NCBI GenBank assembly: GCA_947627945.1
Contig: CANQYC010000001.1
Span: forward strand, 1 to 51,555
Direction of reading: 5' to 3'
From: an uncultured Clostridia bacterium
GTDB taxonomy: Bacteria > Bacillota > Clostridia > Oscillospirales > Ruminococcaceae
DNA: 51,555 nucleotides
Position numbers and translations under genes: made by a program. Numbering within the stretch: the first letter of the stretch is position 1; each line of letters opens with the position of its first letter. The notes below the pieces were generated by a model that saw only the letters and a list, made by a program, of their open reading frames with translations, had not been told where the DNA came from and did not search any database. Below, one piece after another: positions 1 through 9,099 of the stretch.

Positions 1-56
1 TTTTTTATCCGTTTGTGAAAGATATGTAATGATATGATGAAATTTTAAAATGCATA

Positions 57-85
57 TTGACATTGTATCAGTTATGGTGTATACT
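57..85 (+). promoter_or_regulatory. candidate sigma-A type promoter of the first operon
   Basis: TTGACA at 57-62, a 17-nt spacer and TATACT at 80-85. It lies about 45 nt upstream of the ATG at 129. Confidence 0.45.
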
Positions 86-128
86 AATTACAGTGACACA
101 ACGTCAAAACAAATTGGAGGTTTTTATT

Positions 129-884
129 ATGGAAAAAATCACACAAACCGCAGGAAGAAACGCTCTCGGCGAATTTGCGCCGGATTTTGCACATTTCAAT
201 GACGATGTGCTTTTCGGCGAAAACTGGAACAATCAGGACATTGACCTGAAAACGAGATGTATAATCACAGTTGTTGCACTGATGTCATCGGGCGTAACGG
301 ATTCATCACTGAAATATCATCTCAAAAATGCAAAGGCTCACGGTGTGACAAGAGCTGAAATTTCCGCAATCGTAACGCACGTTGCGTTCTACGCAGGTTG
401 GCCTAAGGCTTGGGCGGTGTTCAATATGGCGAAAGAAATCTGGAATGAAGATTGCACTGGCGAAACCGAAAAAGAGAAATTTCAGAAAACGATTCTTTTC
501 CCGATTGGTGAACCGAATGACGGCTTTGCGCAGTATTTTACTGGGCAGAGTTATCTTGCACCCGTTTCAAAAGATCAGGTCGGCATTTTCAACGTGACAT
601 TCGAGCCTAAATGCCGCAATAACTGGCATATTCACCATGCTGACAAAGGCGGCGGACAGATTTTAATTTGTGTCGGCGGACGTGGCTATTATCAGGAATG
701 GGGCAAGGAGGCAATTGAAATGCACCCCGGCGACTGCATCAATATTCCCGCAGGCGTGAAACACTGGCACGGTGCTGCTCCTGACAGTTGGTTCTCACAC
801 CTTGCCATTGAAGTGCCCGGTGAAAATGGTTCTAATGAATGGCTGGAAGCTGTGAGTGATGAGGAATACAGCAAATTGAAGTAA
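129..884 (+). CDS. carboxymuconolactone decarboxylase (CMD/AhpD-like) domain fused to a cupin domain
   Basis: This is the ORF-track ORF 57..884. The ATG at 129 is preceded by GGAGG (116-120). The N-terminal half (DLKTRCIITVVALMSSG...AHGVTRAEISAIVTHVAFYAGWP) is CMD-like. The C-terminal half (WHIHHADKGGGQILICVGGRGYY...IPAGVKHWHGA) is a cupin barrel motif. Confidence 0.85.
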   Translation: MEKITQTAGRNALGEFAPDFAHFNDDVLFGENWNNQDIDLKTRCIITVVALMSSGVTDSSLKYHLKNAKAHGVTRAEISAIVTHVAFYAGWPKAWAVFNMAKEIWNEDCTGETEKEKFQKTILFPIGEPNDGFAQYFTGQSYLAPVSKDQVGIFNVTFEPKCRNNWHIHHADKGGGQILICVGGRGYYQEWGKEAIEMHPGDCINIPAGVKHWHGAAPDSWFSHLAIEVPGENGSNEWLEAVSDEEYSKLK

Positions 885-910
885 ATTTTATTACAGAAAG
901 GACGATTTTT

Positions 911-2080
911 ATGTTAGGAAATTTTGCATACTGCAACCCGACAAAACTCTATTTCGGAGATGATTCTCTGAAATATCTGAACGATGAACTGCCGAAATAC
1001 GGCAAAAATGTGGTTCTGGTCTACGGCACGGGTTCAATCAAAAAGAACGGCATTTACGACGAAGTAATGGGAATCCTCAAGGCAAACTGCTGTAATATCG
1101 CCGAAATTTCGGGAGTCATGCCCAACCCTACGCTTGAAAAGCTGTATGAGGGTATTGAGATTGCAAGAAATCATCACGTTGATTTTCTGCTTGCTGTTGG
1201 CGGCGGTTCGGTCTGCGACTACACAAAGGCGGTTTCCGTATCCGTAAATTGCACTGATGACCCGTGGGAAAAGTATTACATTCGTTTTGAAGAACCCAAT
1301 TGCGAAATTATCCCTGTGGGCTGTGTTCTGACAATGGTGGGTACAGGTTCGGAAATGAATGCAGGTGCAGTAATTACCAATCACGAAACAAAAATGAAAA
1401 TCGGTCATGTTTTTGCAGATGAAAATATCATGCCGAAATTTTCAATTCTCAACCCGAAATATACTCTCACTTTGCCACATTATCAGATGGTTGCAGGAAT
1501 TTATGATATTTTCAATCATATCTGTGAGCAATATTTTTCTGGTGAGGACGATAACACAAGCGATTATATCAGTGAGGGACTTATGCGTTCTCTGATTGAA
1601 TCAAGCAGAATTGCAAATGAAGATCCGCAAAATTATGAAGCCCGTTCTAACATTATGTGGACGGCAACATGGGCTTTGAATACGCTTGTTTCAAGAGCAA
1701 AATCAACCGACTGGGAAGTGCATATGCTCGGTCAGGCTATTGGTGCACATACCGATGCAACTCACGGAATGACGCTTTCTGCGGTTTCACTTCCTTATTA
1801 TCGCTATATCATGCCGTATGGGCTGAAAAAGTTTGTGAGATTTGCAAAAAACGTCTGGAATGTGGACACTTCCGGAAAATCTGATGAACAGACGGCAAAC
1901 GAGGGACTTTGTGCAATGGAAAACTGGATGAAAGAACTCGGACTTGTTATGCATATTTCTGAACTTGGAGCAAGTGAAGATATGATTGAAAAAATCGCTG
2001 ATTCAACACTTGTCATGGAGGGCGGTTACAAAGCCCTTGACCGTGATGAAATTATCAGGATTTTGAAAGAAAGTTTGTAA
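911..2080 (+). CDS. iron-containing (group III) alcohol dehydrogenase, butanol dehydrogenase/YqhD-like
   Basis: 389 aa. It carries the GGGSVCDYTKA nucleotide-binding motif and conserved His-rich metal-site regions (HICEQYF, HMLGQAIGAHTDATHG). Confidence 0.9.
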   Translation: MLGNFAYCNPTKLYFGDDSLKYLNDELPKYGKNVVLVYGTGSIKKNGIYDEVMGILKANCCNIAEISGVMPNPTLEKLYEGIEIARNHHVDFLLAVGGGSVCDYTKAVSVSVNCTDDPWEKYYIRFEEPNCEIIPVGCVLTMVGTGSEMNAGAVITNHETKMKIGHVFADENIMPKFSILNPKYTLTLPHYQMVAGIYDIFNHICEQYFSGEDDNTSDYISEGLMRSLIESSRIANEDPQNYEARSNIMWTATWALNTLVSRAKSTDWEVHMLGQAIGAHTDATHGMTLSAVSLPYYRYIMPYGLKKFVRFAKNVWNVDTSGKSDEQTANEGLCAMENWMKELGLVMHISELGASEDMIEKIADSTLVMEGGYKALDRDEIIRILKESL

Positions 2081-2107
2081 AAATATAATTTATTTGGAGA
2101 GATATTG

Positions 2108-2188
2108 ATGAAAAAATTCGCTGCAATTTCATGTGCATTGATGAGCATTTTTTTCAATGATGTCCGCTGTTTCTCCCGTGATCGCTGA
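2108..2188 (+). other. out-of-frame 26-codon ORF encoding a signal-peptide-like N-terminus that belongs to the downstream flavodoxin gene
   Basis: The ATG at 2108 has GGAGAG 8 nt upstream and translates MKKFAAISCALMSIFF. It runs into a T7 homopolymer (2148-2154) and then terminates. Removing one T fuses it in frame to the 2157 ORF, giving MKKFAAISCALMSIFSMMSAVSPVIA/ENAE. Confidence 0.6.
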
Positions 2189-2825
2189 AAATGCCGAAAC
2201 TGAGTATACAATTGACGATGTTCGGAATTTACAGGATTTTCTGCTGACAAAACCGACAGAAAATCTATCGGGGAAAAATTATGACCTTGACAGCGACAAT
2301 GCGTGGACTGTTTTTGATTTGTGCCTGATGAAGCGTGAAGTTTTTTCACCTGACGATGAACAGGAAAATACACTTGTTGTGTACTTTTCACGGACGGGAA
2401 ACACAGAAAAAATCGTTGATATTACAGGTGCGGACGTGTTTGAAATTGAGGCAAAGATCCCCTATACCGATGAAGATATGGCTTACAACAATTCAACTTG
2501 CCGTGCAAATCAGAAACAGAATGATAAAAATTGCCGCCCTGAAATTGCACAGTCTGTTGACAATTTTGACAGTTATGACATTGTTTATCTTGGCTATCCG
2601 ATATGGTGGTATGTCGCTCCGACGATCATCAACACATTCCTTGAAAGTTACGATTTTTCGGGCAAAAAAATTGTACTGTTCGCAACTTCGGGAGGCAGCG
2701 GTTTCGGTAAAACTGTTGACGGCTTGAAAGGCTCTGTTTCGGCGGATACAGAAATTGTCGAGGGAAAATTGCTCAACGACAAACTCTCGGAAAATAAGCT
2801 GAAAAAGTGGGTGGAAAGTCTATGA
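2157..2825 (+). CDS. flavodoxin-domain protein with an N-terminal dockerin-like (single EF-hand-like) segment; probably frameshifted at its 5' end
   Basis: LVVYFSRTGNTEKIV, YPIWWYVAPTII and VLFATSGGSGFG are flavodoxin-type FMN-binding motifs. YDLDSDNAWTVFDLCLMKR resembles a dockerin calcium-loop/helix repeat. There is no RBS before 2157. Confidence 0.75.
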   Translation: MMSAVSPVIAENAETEYTIDDVRNLQDFLLTKPTENLSGKNYDLDSDNAWTVFDLCLMKREVFSPDDEQENTLVVYFSRTGNTEKIVDITGADVFEIEAKIPYTDEDMAYNNSTCRANQKQNDKNCRPEIAQSVDNFDSYDIVYLGYPIWWYVAPTIINTFLESYDFSGKKIVLFATSGGSGFGKTVDGLKGSVSADTEIVEGKLLNDKLSENKLKKWVESL

Positions 2826-2875
2826 AAATTGTTGTGCTTGAGGGCAGTACGAACAGGCATGCTTTTTGCATAAAA

Positions 2876-3109
2876 TTATAACTCTTTGTTACAATTTTGA
2901 TTTCCTTCATCCTCAAAAACAAACAATTCCTCAACAGTTGTACCAAACACTTTTGCAATATCCATCGCCAGTTTAAGAGAGGGGTTATACTGCCCTTTCT
3001 CAAGCCGTATTATCGTTTCCCGCCGTACGCCCACCTTTGCCGCAAGTTCGTCCTGCTTCATATTGGTTTTTGCACGGTATCCTTTGATCTTAGTCGTAAA
3101 TCCTGCCAC
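2876..3109 (-). CDS. XRE-family helix-turn-helix transcriptional regulator
   Basis: 77 aa. [47 protein letters not shown] is a classic HTH_3 motif. It has a GTG start with GAGG upstream. Confidence 0.9.
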   Translation of the reverse strand: MAGFTTKIKGYRAKTNMKQDELAAKVGVRRETIIRLEKGQYNPSLKLAMDIAKVFGTTVEELFVFEDEGNQNCNKEL

Positions 3110-3112
3110 AGT

Positions 3113-3229
3113 CTATACCTCATTGTCAGGTGCGCTGCCCTTGCTGTCAAGTATCAGAAAAATAACACTGCGCAGTATCACAAGTCCGCAAAAGCTGAAC
3201 ACAAACACGTTGTAGTTCAGGCTTACCAT
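3113..3229 (-). CDS. possible 38-aa single-pass membrane peptide
   Basis: Hand translation gives MVSLNYNVFVFSFCGLVILRSVIFLILDSKGSAPDNEV. Its stop lies 3 nt before the XRE start. It is below the ORF-track size cutoff. Confidence 0.3.
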   Translation of the reverse strand: MVSLNYNVFVFSFCGLVILRSVIFLILDSKGSAPDNEV

Positions 3230-3277
3230 ATTGCTGTCGTCAAAGCATAAGAGCGAGTAGGCAAAAACGCATATCAG

Positions 3278-3514
3278 CTAGCATACCATTGTCACCGTGT
3301 TCGCCTGTGAGAGATTATATCTCGTCAGTTCGTCAGCCTTTTCAGTCTTGTTGCCGACACCCAGATAACCCAGTCCGAAGGCATACACCACCCAAATGAT
3401 CTTTTCGGCAAATTTGGAAATGCCGGACGGCAGCATACCCAGTATCTGCAAAACCACCAGCACTACCATCATCAATATTATTGTATAATGTTTGTTCCTG
3501 TAATTTCTTATCAT
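3278..3514 (-). CDS. small two-TM membrane protein
   Basis: This is the ORF-track ORF 3278..3577. The internal ATG at 3514 is preceded by AAGGTGGG. The sequence (MIRNYRNKHYTIILMMVVLVVLQILGMLP...) is hydrophobic. Confidence 0.6.
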   Translation of the reverse strand: MIRNYRNKHYTIILMMVVLVVLQILGMLPSGISKFAEKIIWVVYAFGLGYLGVGNKTEKADELTRYNLSQANTVTMVC

Positions 3515-3542
3515 TTTTTTGCCCACCTTAATAGTTATATCG

Positions 3543-4001
3543 TTATTCGCCCTCTGTTTTGCCCTCAATAAGCACAAACAGCAGGTTTTGCAGAAAACGA
3601 TAGCTCACCCAAATGATAAGCCACGCATTGCCGATAGAAGTCTTGTCAAAATGCAGCGTAAACTTCATATCGACCAGATAGCTTACGATCGTAAACACTG
3701 CAAGCAGCGCAATAAACGTACTCATCATAAAATCGTGTACTTTCAGCATATTGATATTTGAAAGCTCATCGTCTTTCTCAACATCGTATTTAATGATGAT
3801 CCTCATGTACATAAAGAAAACGGCAACAATAATTATCAGCAGAATAATGGCTATAAGGTCGCTTTCCATTTTGAAGTGATCGAAAACGGCGAATGTTACC
3901 GCCGCTATCAGCCCCAGCCCGAATATAACAGCCAGCTTTTTCCGGTAGCTCAGAAGCGAGATGACAGGTTTTTGAACAGCATTTTTTTCATTTTCAGACA
4001 T
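3543..4001 (-). CDS. multi-pass membrane protein, first gene of the XRE operon
   Basis: This is the ORF-track ORF 3543..4019. The ATG at 4001 is preceded by AAAGGAG. At least four hydrophobic segments are visible. Confidence 0.65.
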   Translation of the reverse strand: MSENEKNAVQKPVISLLSYRKKLAVIFGLGLIAAVTFAVFDHFKMESDLIAIILLIIIVAVFFMYMRIIIKYDVEKDDELSNINMLKVHDFMMSTFIALLAVFTIVSYLVDMKFTLHFDKTSIGNAWLIIWVSYRFLQNLLFVLIEGKTEGE

Positions 4002-4040
4002 TGAAATTTCTCCTTTCAAGTGACAAATAAACCACTTTAT

Positions 4041-4056
4041 GTGATAATTATATCAC
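4041..4056. promoter_or_regulatory. inverted repeat GTGATA-N4-TATCAC, candidate XRE operator
   Basis: The arms are perfect 6-bp repeats. The site is in the promoter region just upstream of the minus-strand operon start at 4001. Confidence 0.4.
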
Positions 4057-4081
4057 ATGGTATTCCCAATGTCAATAGAAA

Positions 4082-4099
4082 AGTGATGAATTTATCACT
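4082..4099. promoter_or_regulatory. inverted repeat AGTGAT-N6-ATCACT, second candidate operator
   Basis: It shares the GTGAT/ATCAC half-sites with the 4041-4056 repeat. Confidence 0.35.
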
Positions 4100-4194
4100 T
4101 TTTGTGGATATGCACAAAAACGGGACTGATATTTTGCGGGATATGATAAAACTATACATATGCGAATGGTGTTGATATCCCTCCACACAAAAAA

Positions 4195-4833
4195 TCACCC
4201 CCTCAGCTTCACCGTCTCCCGAAGCCCCTTACATCTGACTTTCCATTCCTCCGAAATACGATACGAGTCGCAGATCTTCTGGATCGCCTTGCCGTTGATG
4301 GAGTACCGCAGATCATTCTGCCGGAACCATTCATAGACCCTGTCAGGCGCACAGACCGCAAGTTCGGCGATCAGCCACGCCTCGCCCATCTGGACATAAT
4401 ACTCTTCGTCATTTTTCATCAGCGGAAGAAGCTCACTGGCATGCCCCCGGCAGAGCTTTGAGATAAACATCACATATCCCCACCGCCGGATGAACGGATC
4501 CCCGGAGAGGATGTACCGCTGCGCATATGTCAGTGCAGTATCAAATGCAAGATCACTGACGAAGCCGATCAGCTCGTCCGTATGCCACCAGTCCTCAAAT
4601 AACAGATTCTTGTCTATGAAGTCCATTCTTTCCCGCACATCTCTGATCTGTTTCAGCGACACATAGAAATAGATCCTGTGGAGCCGCTGCTCGGCAAGGA
4701 TATGCGCCCGCAAAGCCGAAACATCCGCCTTGTTTTTCACATATCCGGCTATCAGCTTATCAATGTCCTTCGTTTTATAATTTGCAGGAAGTGCCGCAAT
4801 GTCTTTCAGCACATCCTCTTTTGTCAGTTTCAT
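4195..4833 (-). CDS. DNA alkylation repair protein (AlkD-like HEAT-repeat family)
   Basis: 212 aa. The segment EDWWHTDELIGFVS...FIRRWGYVMFI...YYVQMGEAWLIAE is typical of this family, recognised from memory. Confidence 0.75.
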   Translation of the reverse strand: MKLTKEDVLKDIAALPANYKTKDIDKLIAGYVKNKADVSALRAHILAEQRLHRIYFYVSLKQIRDVRERMDFIDKNLLFEDWWHTDELIGFVSDLAFDTALTYAQRYILSGDPFIRRWGYVMFISKLCRGHASELLPLMKNDEEYYVQMGEAWLIAELAVCAPDRVYEWFRQNDLRYSINGKAIQKICDSYRISEEWKVRCKGLRETVKLRG

Positions 4834-4928
4834 AACGATCGCTCCTTTCGCATGCTATCCTCATTTTATCATAGGATACTGGAAAAGTCAAGAGGGCTTT
4901 GCCATTTATACGGCAAAGCCCTCATTTA

Positions 4929-5180
4929 TCATCCATTTGCGATCTTGTCCATCAGGAAATTGACGCCCTGTGCGATCAGATAGATCACGCCGATCAGGAT
5001 CGCCGCCGGGATGGCTGGAATGCCGATCAGCACCATGCCAACGCAGAACACGCCGTTCAGGGCAATTTTTCTGATGCGGGACGGCTGCTTTCCGGCGGGC
5101 GATGTGATCAAATCAAAGTGTTCTGACGGCATCGCCGGCATGGCAAGACCGCCGTTTATGCAATTGTCCGGTCTCATCAT
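4929..5180 (-). CDS. small two-TM membrane protein translationally coupled to the ABC permease
   Basis: The ATG at 5180 overlaps the permease stop (ATGA), with GGAGGA just upstream. The C-terminal part GVFCVGMVLIGIPAIPAAILIGVIYLIAQGV is hydrophobic. Confidence 0.55.
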   Translation of the reverse strand: MMRPDNCINGGLAMPAMPSEHFDLITSPAGKQPSRIRKIALNGVFCVGMVLIGIPAIPAAILIGVIYLIAQGVNFLMDKIANG

Positions 5181-7222
5181 TTGTCCTCCCGTGCACCGCT
5201 GACGATCTTGTAATAGGCATTGGACGTAAGCCGGTACACAATGGTATAAAATACGGCAAACACGAACAGGCTGATTCCCGTTGTCGCTGCAAACAGCGCA
5301 ACATTGCTGAGATTGAACATCAACAGCAGCTTGCGGACGATGGGGAACGCAAAGCACATGTGGATCGCAGCGAGGAGGAGCGGGAAGAAAAACACTGTGA
5401 GCAGCTGTGAATTGATGCTTTTCCGGATCTCCCGCTTTGTCATGCCCACTTTCTGCATGATGGCGAACCGTGCCTGATCTTCATACCCCTCGGAGATCTG
5501 CTTATAGTAGATGATCAGTACCGTGGCAAGGAGGAATACAAGGCTCAGGATCATGCCAAGGTAGAACAGAGAGCCGAATAAACTGTAGGAATCTTCACGT
5601 TCAAAATCCTGACTGCTCGTATAGACAGCGGTGTAGCCAAGCTTTTCCTTGACGGCATCGTTCGTGAACGTATCGGTCAGCGCATGATACAGTCTGATCT
5701 GTCCCTCCGTATCCATTTCCGTGTCAAAGTTGCAGATCCACTTCATTTGCAGCAGCTTGCTGCCGTTATAATTTGCGATGCTGTCGATCTGCTGCAATCC
5801 GGTCTCCAGATCCGGGATCACGAGCATGAGACTGCTGAGCATGTCCATGGCAGTGTCGCCGCTGCCGGTAAAGGCGTCGATCTTCTTCTTGACATGAAAC
5901 GATTCTCCGCCCCGGAAGGAGATCTGATCACTGTCGAAATCCGTCCGGTAGGAATAGAGCAGTGCTTCTCCGTCGGCAAGCGTTTCATTTGTCCCCATCA
6001 CCGCATTGTAATCCGCCAAGGGGACAAAATAAAACAGATAGGAGGAGTTGATCGCCTCTGCTTCGCTGATCAATGCGCTGTTTACTTCTACGCCATCGTC
6101 CCTGACCACCCCGTAAAGGTTGGCACTGCGGTAGCAATAGGCATTTTCCGGCGTGACGCCCCTTGCCTCCAATTCCTCCGAAACGCCGTCCTGCAGTGTC
6201 TGTATGCGTTCGTCCGAAAAGTCAGACAGCTCATCGAAGCGAAACTCGAGATCAATGTCCCTCGGATACCGGGAATTGATGGCATCCTCCTCACCGAAAT
6301 ACAGGCAGGCTGTGGAAGCCATGATGACCAGCACCATCGTGGCAAGAATGCAGATGGATGCAAGCCCCGCACCGTTGCGCTTCATACGGTAGACCATGGA
6401 GGAGACAGAGACAAAATGATTCGGCTTGTAATAATAACTCTTTTTCTTTTGCAGCAGCCGGCAAAACAGAACGGAGCCGGAGATCATCGCAAGGTAGGTG
6501 CCGACAATGACCATGATCACTGCGACAAAGAACACAAACAGCGCAGCGACCGGATTTTCGATCGTCGCAGCGAGATAATACGCCGCCGCCAGCAGCACGA
6601 CCCCAAGGATGCCGAACAGCCAGTTGCCCTTGGGCGGTTTTTCGCCTGTATTCTCACTTCGGAGCAAAGCGACAGCACTGGAAAACCGCACCTGACGGAT
6701 GGAATTGAGCAGCAGCAGAAAAAAGATCACGCCAAATACCTGCAAACTCCTGACAACGGCTGACCCGGAGACTGACAGATCATAGGTCACTTCACCATGC
6801 ATGACATTGACCATGCCGAGTTCGGCAAATTTGGAAAAGGCGATCCCGGCGACAAGACCAAGGGCAATGGAGACCACGGCAATGATCAGTGTCTCCCAAA
6901 AGAGGATCCGTGCGATGTTCCGCTTTCCCATGCCAAGGATATTATACAGTCCGAATTCCTTTTTCCTGCGCCGGATCAGAAAGGAATTGGTGTAGAACAG
7001 GAAAATTGCGGCAAATACGGCAATGACCCAGCTCCCCAGTGCGAACATCTGCCTCATCGTCTCCACGCCGATGATCGGGTCGAGAACGCTGCTCACGGCA
7101 AGATACATAATGATGTAGAACATCATGACCATGCCGGCGCAGGTGAGAATGAACGGGATGAACATCCTCTTGTTTTTCCGGATGCCGTCCGCCGCAAGAC
7201 GGGGATAAAAACCGATCTTCAT
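5177..7222 (-). CDS. FtsX-family ABC permease, BceB type (10 TM with a large extracellular loop)
   Basis: 681 aa. It has FtsX-like hydrophobic blocks at both ends and a soluble insert of about 200 aa. Its start overlaps the ATPase stop (ATGA). Confidence 0.9.
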   Translation of the reverse strand: MKIGFYPRLAADGIRKNKRMFIPFILTCAGMVMMFYIIMYLAVSSVLDPIIGVETMRQMFALGSWVIAVFAAIFLFYTNSFLIRRRKKEFGLYNILGMGKRNIARILFWETLIIAVVSIALGLVAGIAFSKFAELGMVNVMHGEVTYDLSVSGSAVVRSLQVFGVIFFLLLLNSIRQVRFSSAVALLRSENTGEKPPKGNWLFGILGVVLLAAAYYLAATIENPVAALFVFFVAVIMVIVGTYLAMISGSVLFCRLLQKKKSYYYKPNHFVSVSSMVYRMKRNGAGLASICILATMVLVIMASTACLYFGEEDAINSRYPRDIDLEFRFDELSDFSDERIQTLQDGVSEELEARGVTPENAYCYRSANLYGVVRDDGVEVNSALISEAEAINSSYLFYFVPLADYNAVMGTNETLADGEALLYSYRTDFDSDQISFRGGESFHVKKKIDAFTGSGDTAMDMLSSLMLVIPDLETGLQQIDSIANYNGSKLLQMKWICNFDTEMDTEGQIRLYHALTDTFTNDAVKEKLGYTAVYTSSQDFEREDSYSLFGSLFYLGMILSLVFLLATVLIIYYKQISEGYEDQARFAIMQKVGMTKREIRKSINSQLLTVFFFPLLLAAIHMCFAFPIVRKLLLMFNLSNVALFAATTGISLFVFAVFYTIVYRLTSNAYYKIVSGAREDK

Positions 7223-7983
7223 TGTTTCATCCCTCCGGTCGCAAGCAGTGTCAGCGTGTCGCTGATCTTCTGGTAAAGCTGTTCATCGGTATCGCTGCCC
7301 CGGTAGATCTGATGGAACACTTCGCCGTCCTTGATGAACAGGACACGTCCGGATACGCTGGCTGCCTTGACGGAATGCGTCACCATGAGGATGGTCTGCC
7401 CCATGCGGTTTACCTCCGCAAACTGCCGCAGCAGCTCATCCGTGGAGCGGGAATCCAGTGCGCCGGTGGGTTCGTCAGCAAGGATCAATTTCGGGTTCGT
7501 GATCATTGCCCGAGCCACGGCAGCTCTTTGCTTCTGTCCGCCGGATACCTCATAGGGGTACTTTTTCAGGAGAGCGGTGATGCCGAGCTTTTCTGCGATC
7601 GGCATCAAACGTTCCCGCATTTCCCTGTAGTTTTTTCCGACCAGCACCAGCGGAAGATAGATGTTATCTTCGAGCGTAAAGGTGTCAAGCAGGTTGAAAT
7701 CCTGAAAGACAAAACCGAGATTGTCCCTGCGGAATGCGGCAACCGCCGATTCCCTGACCTGTTTCAGATCCTTCCCGTCCAAGATCACGGTGCCGGCAGT
7801 CGGCTTGTCCAGTGCCGCTAAAATATTGAGCAGCGTCGTTTTGCCGGAGCCGGATTCGCCCATGATCGCAACATATTCACCGGCTTCCACACTGAAATTC
7901 ACATTTTTCAGGGCTTCGACCTTGTTGCCGCCGAAGCGGGATGCATACACTTTCTGAAGTCCCTTGACTTCCAAAATACTCAT
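7219..7983 (-). CDS. ABC transporter ATP-binding protein, BceA type
   Basis: Walker A is GESGSGKTT, the signature is VSGGQKQR and Walker B is LILADEPT. The ATG at 7983 is preceded by GGAGG. Confidence 0.93.
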   Translation of the reverse strand: MSILEVKGLQKVYASRFGGNKVEALKNVNFSVEAGEYVAIMGESGSGKTTLLNILAALDKPTAGTVILDGKDLKQVRESAVAAFRRDNLGFVFQDFNLLDTFTLEDNIYLPLVLVGKNYREMRERLMPIAEKLGITALLKKYPYEVSGGQKQRAAVARAMITNPKLILADEPTGALDSRSTDELLRQFAEVNRMGQTILMVTHSVKAASVSGRVLFIKDGEVFHQIYRGSDTDEQLYQKISDTLTLLATGGMKQ

Positions 7984-8076
7984 AAGGCTCGTTCCTCCAT
8001 TCAAGTTTATGTTTATAGTATAGCAGAAACGGGAAATGCGCCGCAATGGATTCGGCTTACATTTCCCGCCTTTTGT

Positions 8077-8092
8077 CTTACAGTTTTGTAAG
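8077..8092. promoter_or_regulatory. inverted repeat CTTACA-N4-TGTAAG, candidate response-regulator binding site upstream of the ABC genes
   Basis: The arms are perfect 6-bp repeats. The site lies 2 nt after the kinase stop and about 40 nt upstream of a weak TTGCGG-18-TATACT promoter that precedes the ATPase gene. Confidence 0.4.
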
Positions 8093-8093
8093 G

Positions 8094-9086
8094 TCACTCA
8101 TTTTTCAGCTTGTATTGTGTGAGATCCAGAAACACGCTCGTGCCTTCCCCGAGCTTCGAGGTGATCCTGACTTCGATCCCTAAGTTGTTACAGATCTGAC
8201 GGCACAGGTAGAGCCCGATCCCGCTGGCACGTTTGTCAGCACGTCCATTGAAACCGGTATAGCCTTTTTCAAACACACGTGGCAGGTCAGCGGGATCAAT
8301 GCCGATCCCGGTATCGGCAATACAGAGCGTTTTCGGTTTCAGCAGAGAGATCCGGATCTCCCCCTCACGGGTGTATTTCAGTGCATTGGAGAGTATCTGC
8401 TCGATCACAAAAGAAAGCCACTTTTCATCGGTCACGACCGTTTCGCCTGACGGCGTATAGTTCAGCCGGAGGTTCCGGACGATGAATTCTCCGGCAAATT
8501 TGGAAATGCTCTGTCTGACGATCTCATCCAGTGCATACTCTTTGAACACATAATCATTGCTGTCCGCATCCAGTCTGAGATACGCCAGCACCATTTCCAC
8601 ATACTGCTCGATCTGGAACAGGTCGGAGGATAACTTTCTGGAAAGTGCCGTATCTTCTTTTTCCAAGGATAGCCGCATCGAAGTGATGGGTGTTTTGATC
8701 TGATGCACCCATACGGTATAGTATTCGACCAGATCCTGATAGCGGGCAGACGAGACGGCAGCCGTATCGGTCACTTCCCGCTGCAATGTGCGGATGATCG
8801 CCTGATAGTCCGCATCGTCCATGCCCTGCGGTTCAGGCAGGGCATCGATCAGAGCGGCATTCATTTTCTGTATTTCGGACAGTGCTTCATGTTTTCGCTT
8901 TGCACGGGAAACATCCCATATCACAAACGCCGTGCCGAGCATAATACAGAGCAGCGTCGGATAGAGCAGCGCACGCACCGGCAGATGATACAGAATAAAA
9001 CTCACGGCAAACACAGCGCAGAAAAGCACCAACGCAAGCAGCCCTTTCCGCCGCTGCCGCAGATAAGAGAAAAACAGTTGCATCAC
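8094..9086 (-). CDS. intramembrane-sensing histidine kinase, BceS type
   Basis: Two N-terminal TM segments with almost no loop. The H-box is HQIKTPITS. HATPase motifs NALKYT, DTGIGI and GIGLYL are present. Confidence 0.9.
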   Translation of the reverse strand: MMQLFFSYLRQRRKGLLALVLFCAVFAVSFILYHLPVRALLYPTLLCIMLGTAFVIWDVSRAKRKHEALSEIQKMNAALIDALPEPQGMDDADYQAIIRTLQREVTDTAAVSSARYQDLVEYYTVWVHQIKTPITSMRLSLEKEDTALSRKLSSDLFQIEQYVEMVLAYLRLDADSNDYVFKEYALDEIVRQSISKFAGEFIVRNLRLNYTPSGETVVTDEKWLSFVIEQILSNALKYTREGEIRISLLKPKTLCIADTGIGIDPADLPRVFEKGYTGFNGRADKRASGIGLYLCRQICNNLGIEVRITSKLGEGTSVFLDLTQYKLKNE

Positions 9087-9099
9087 AGATCCTCCGCTC

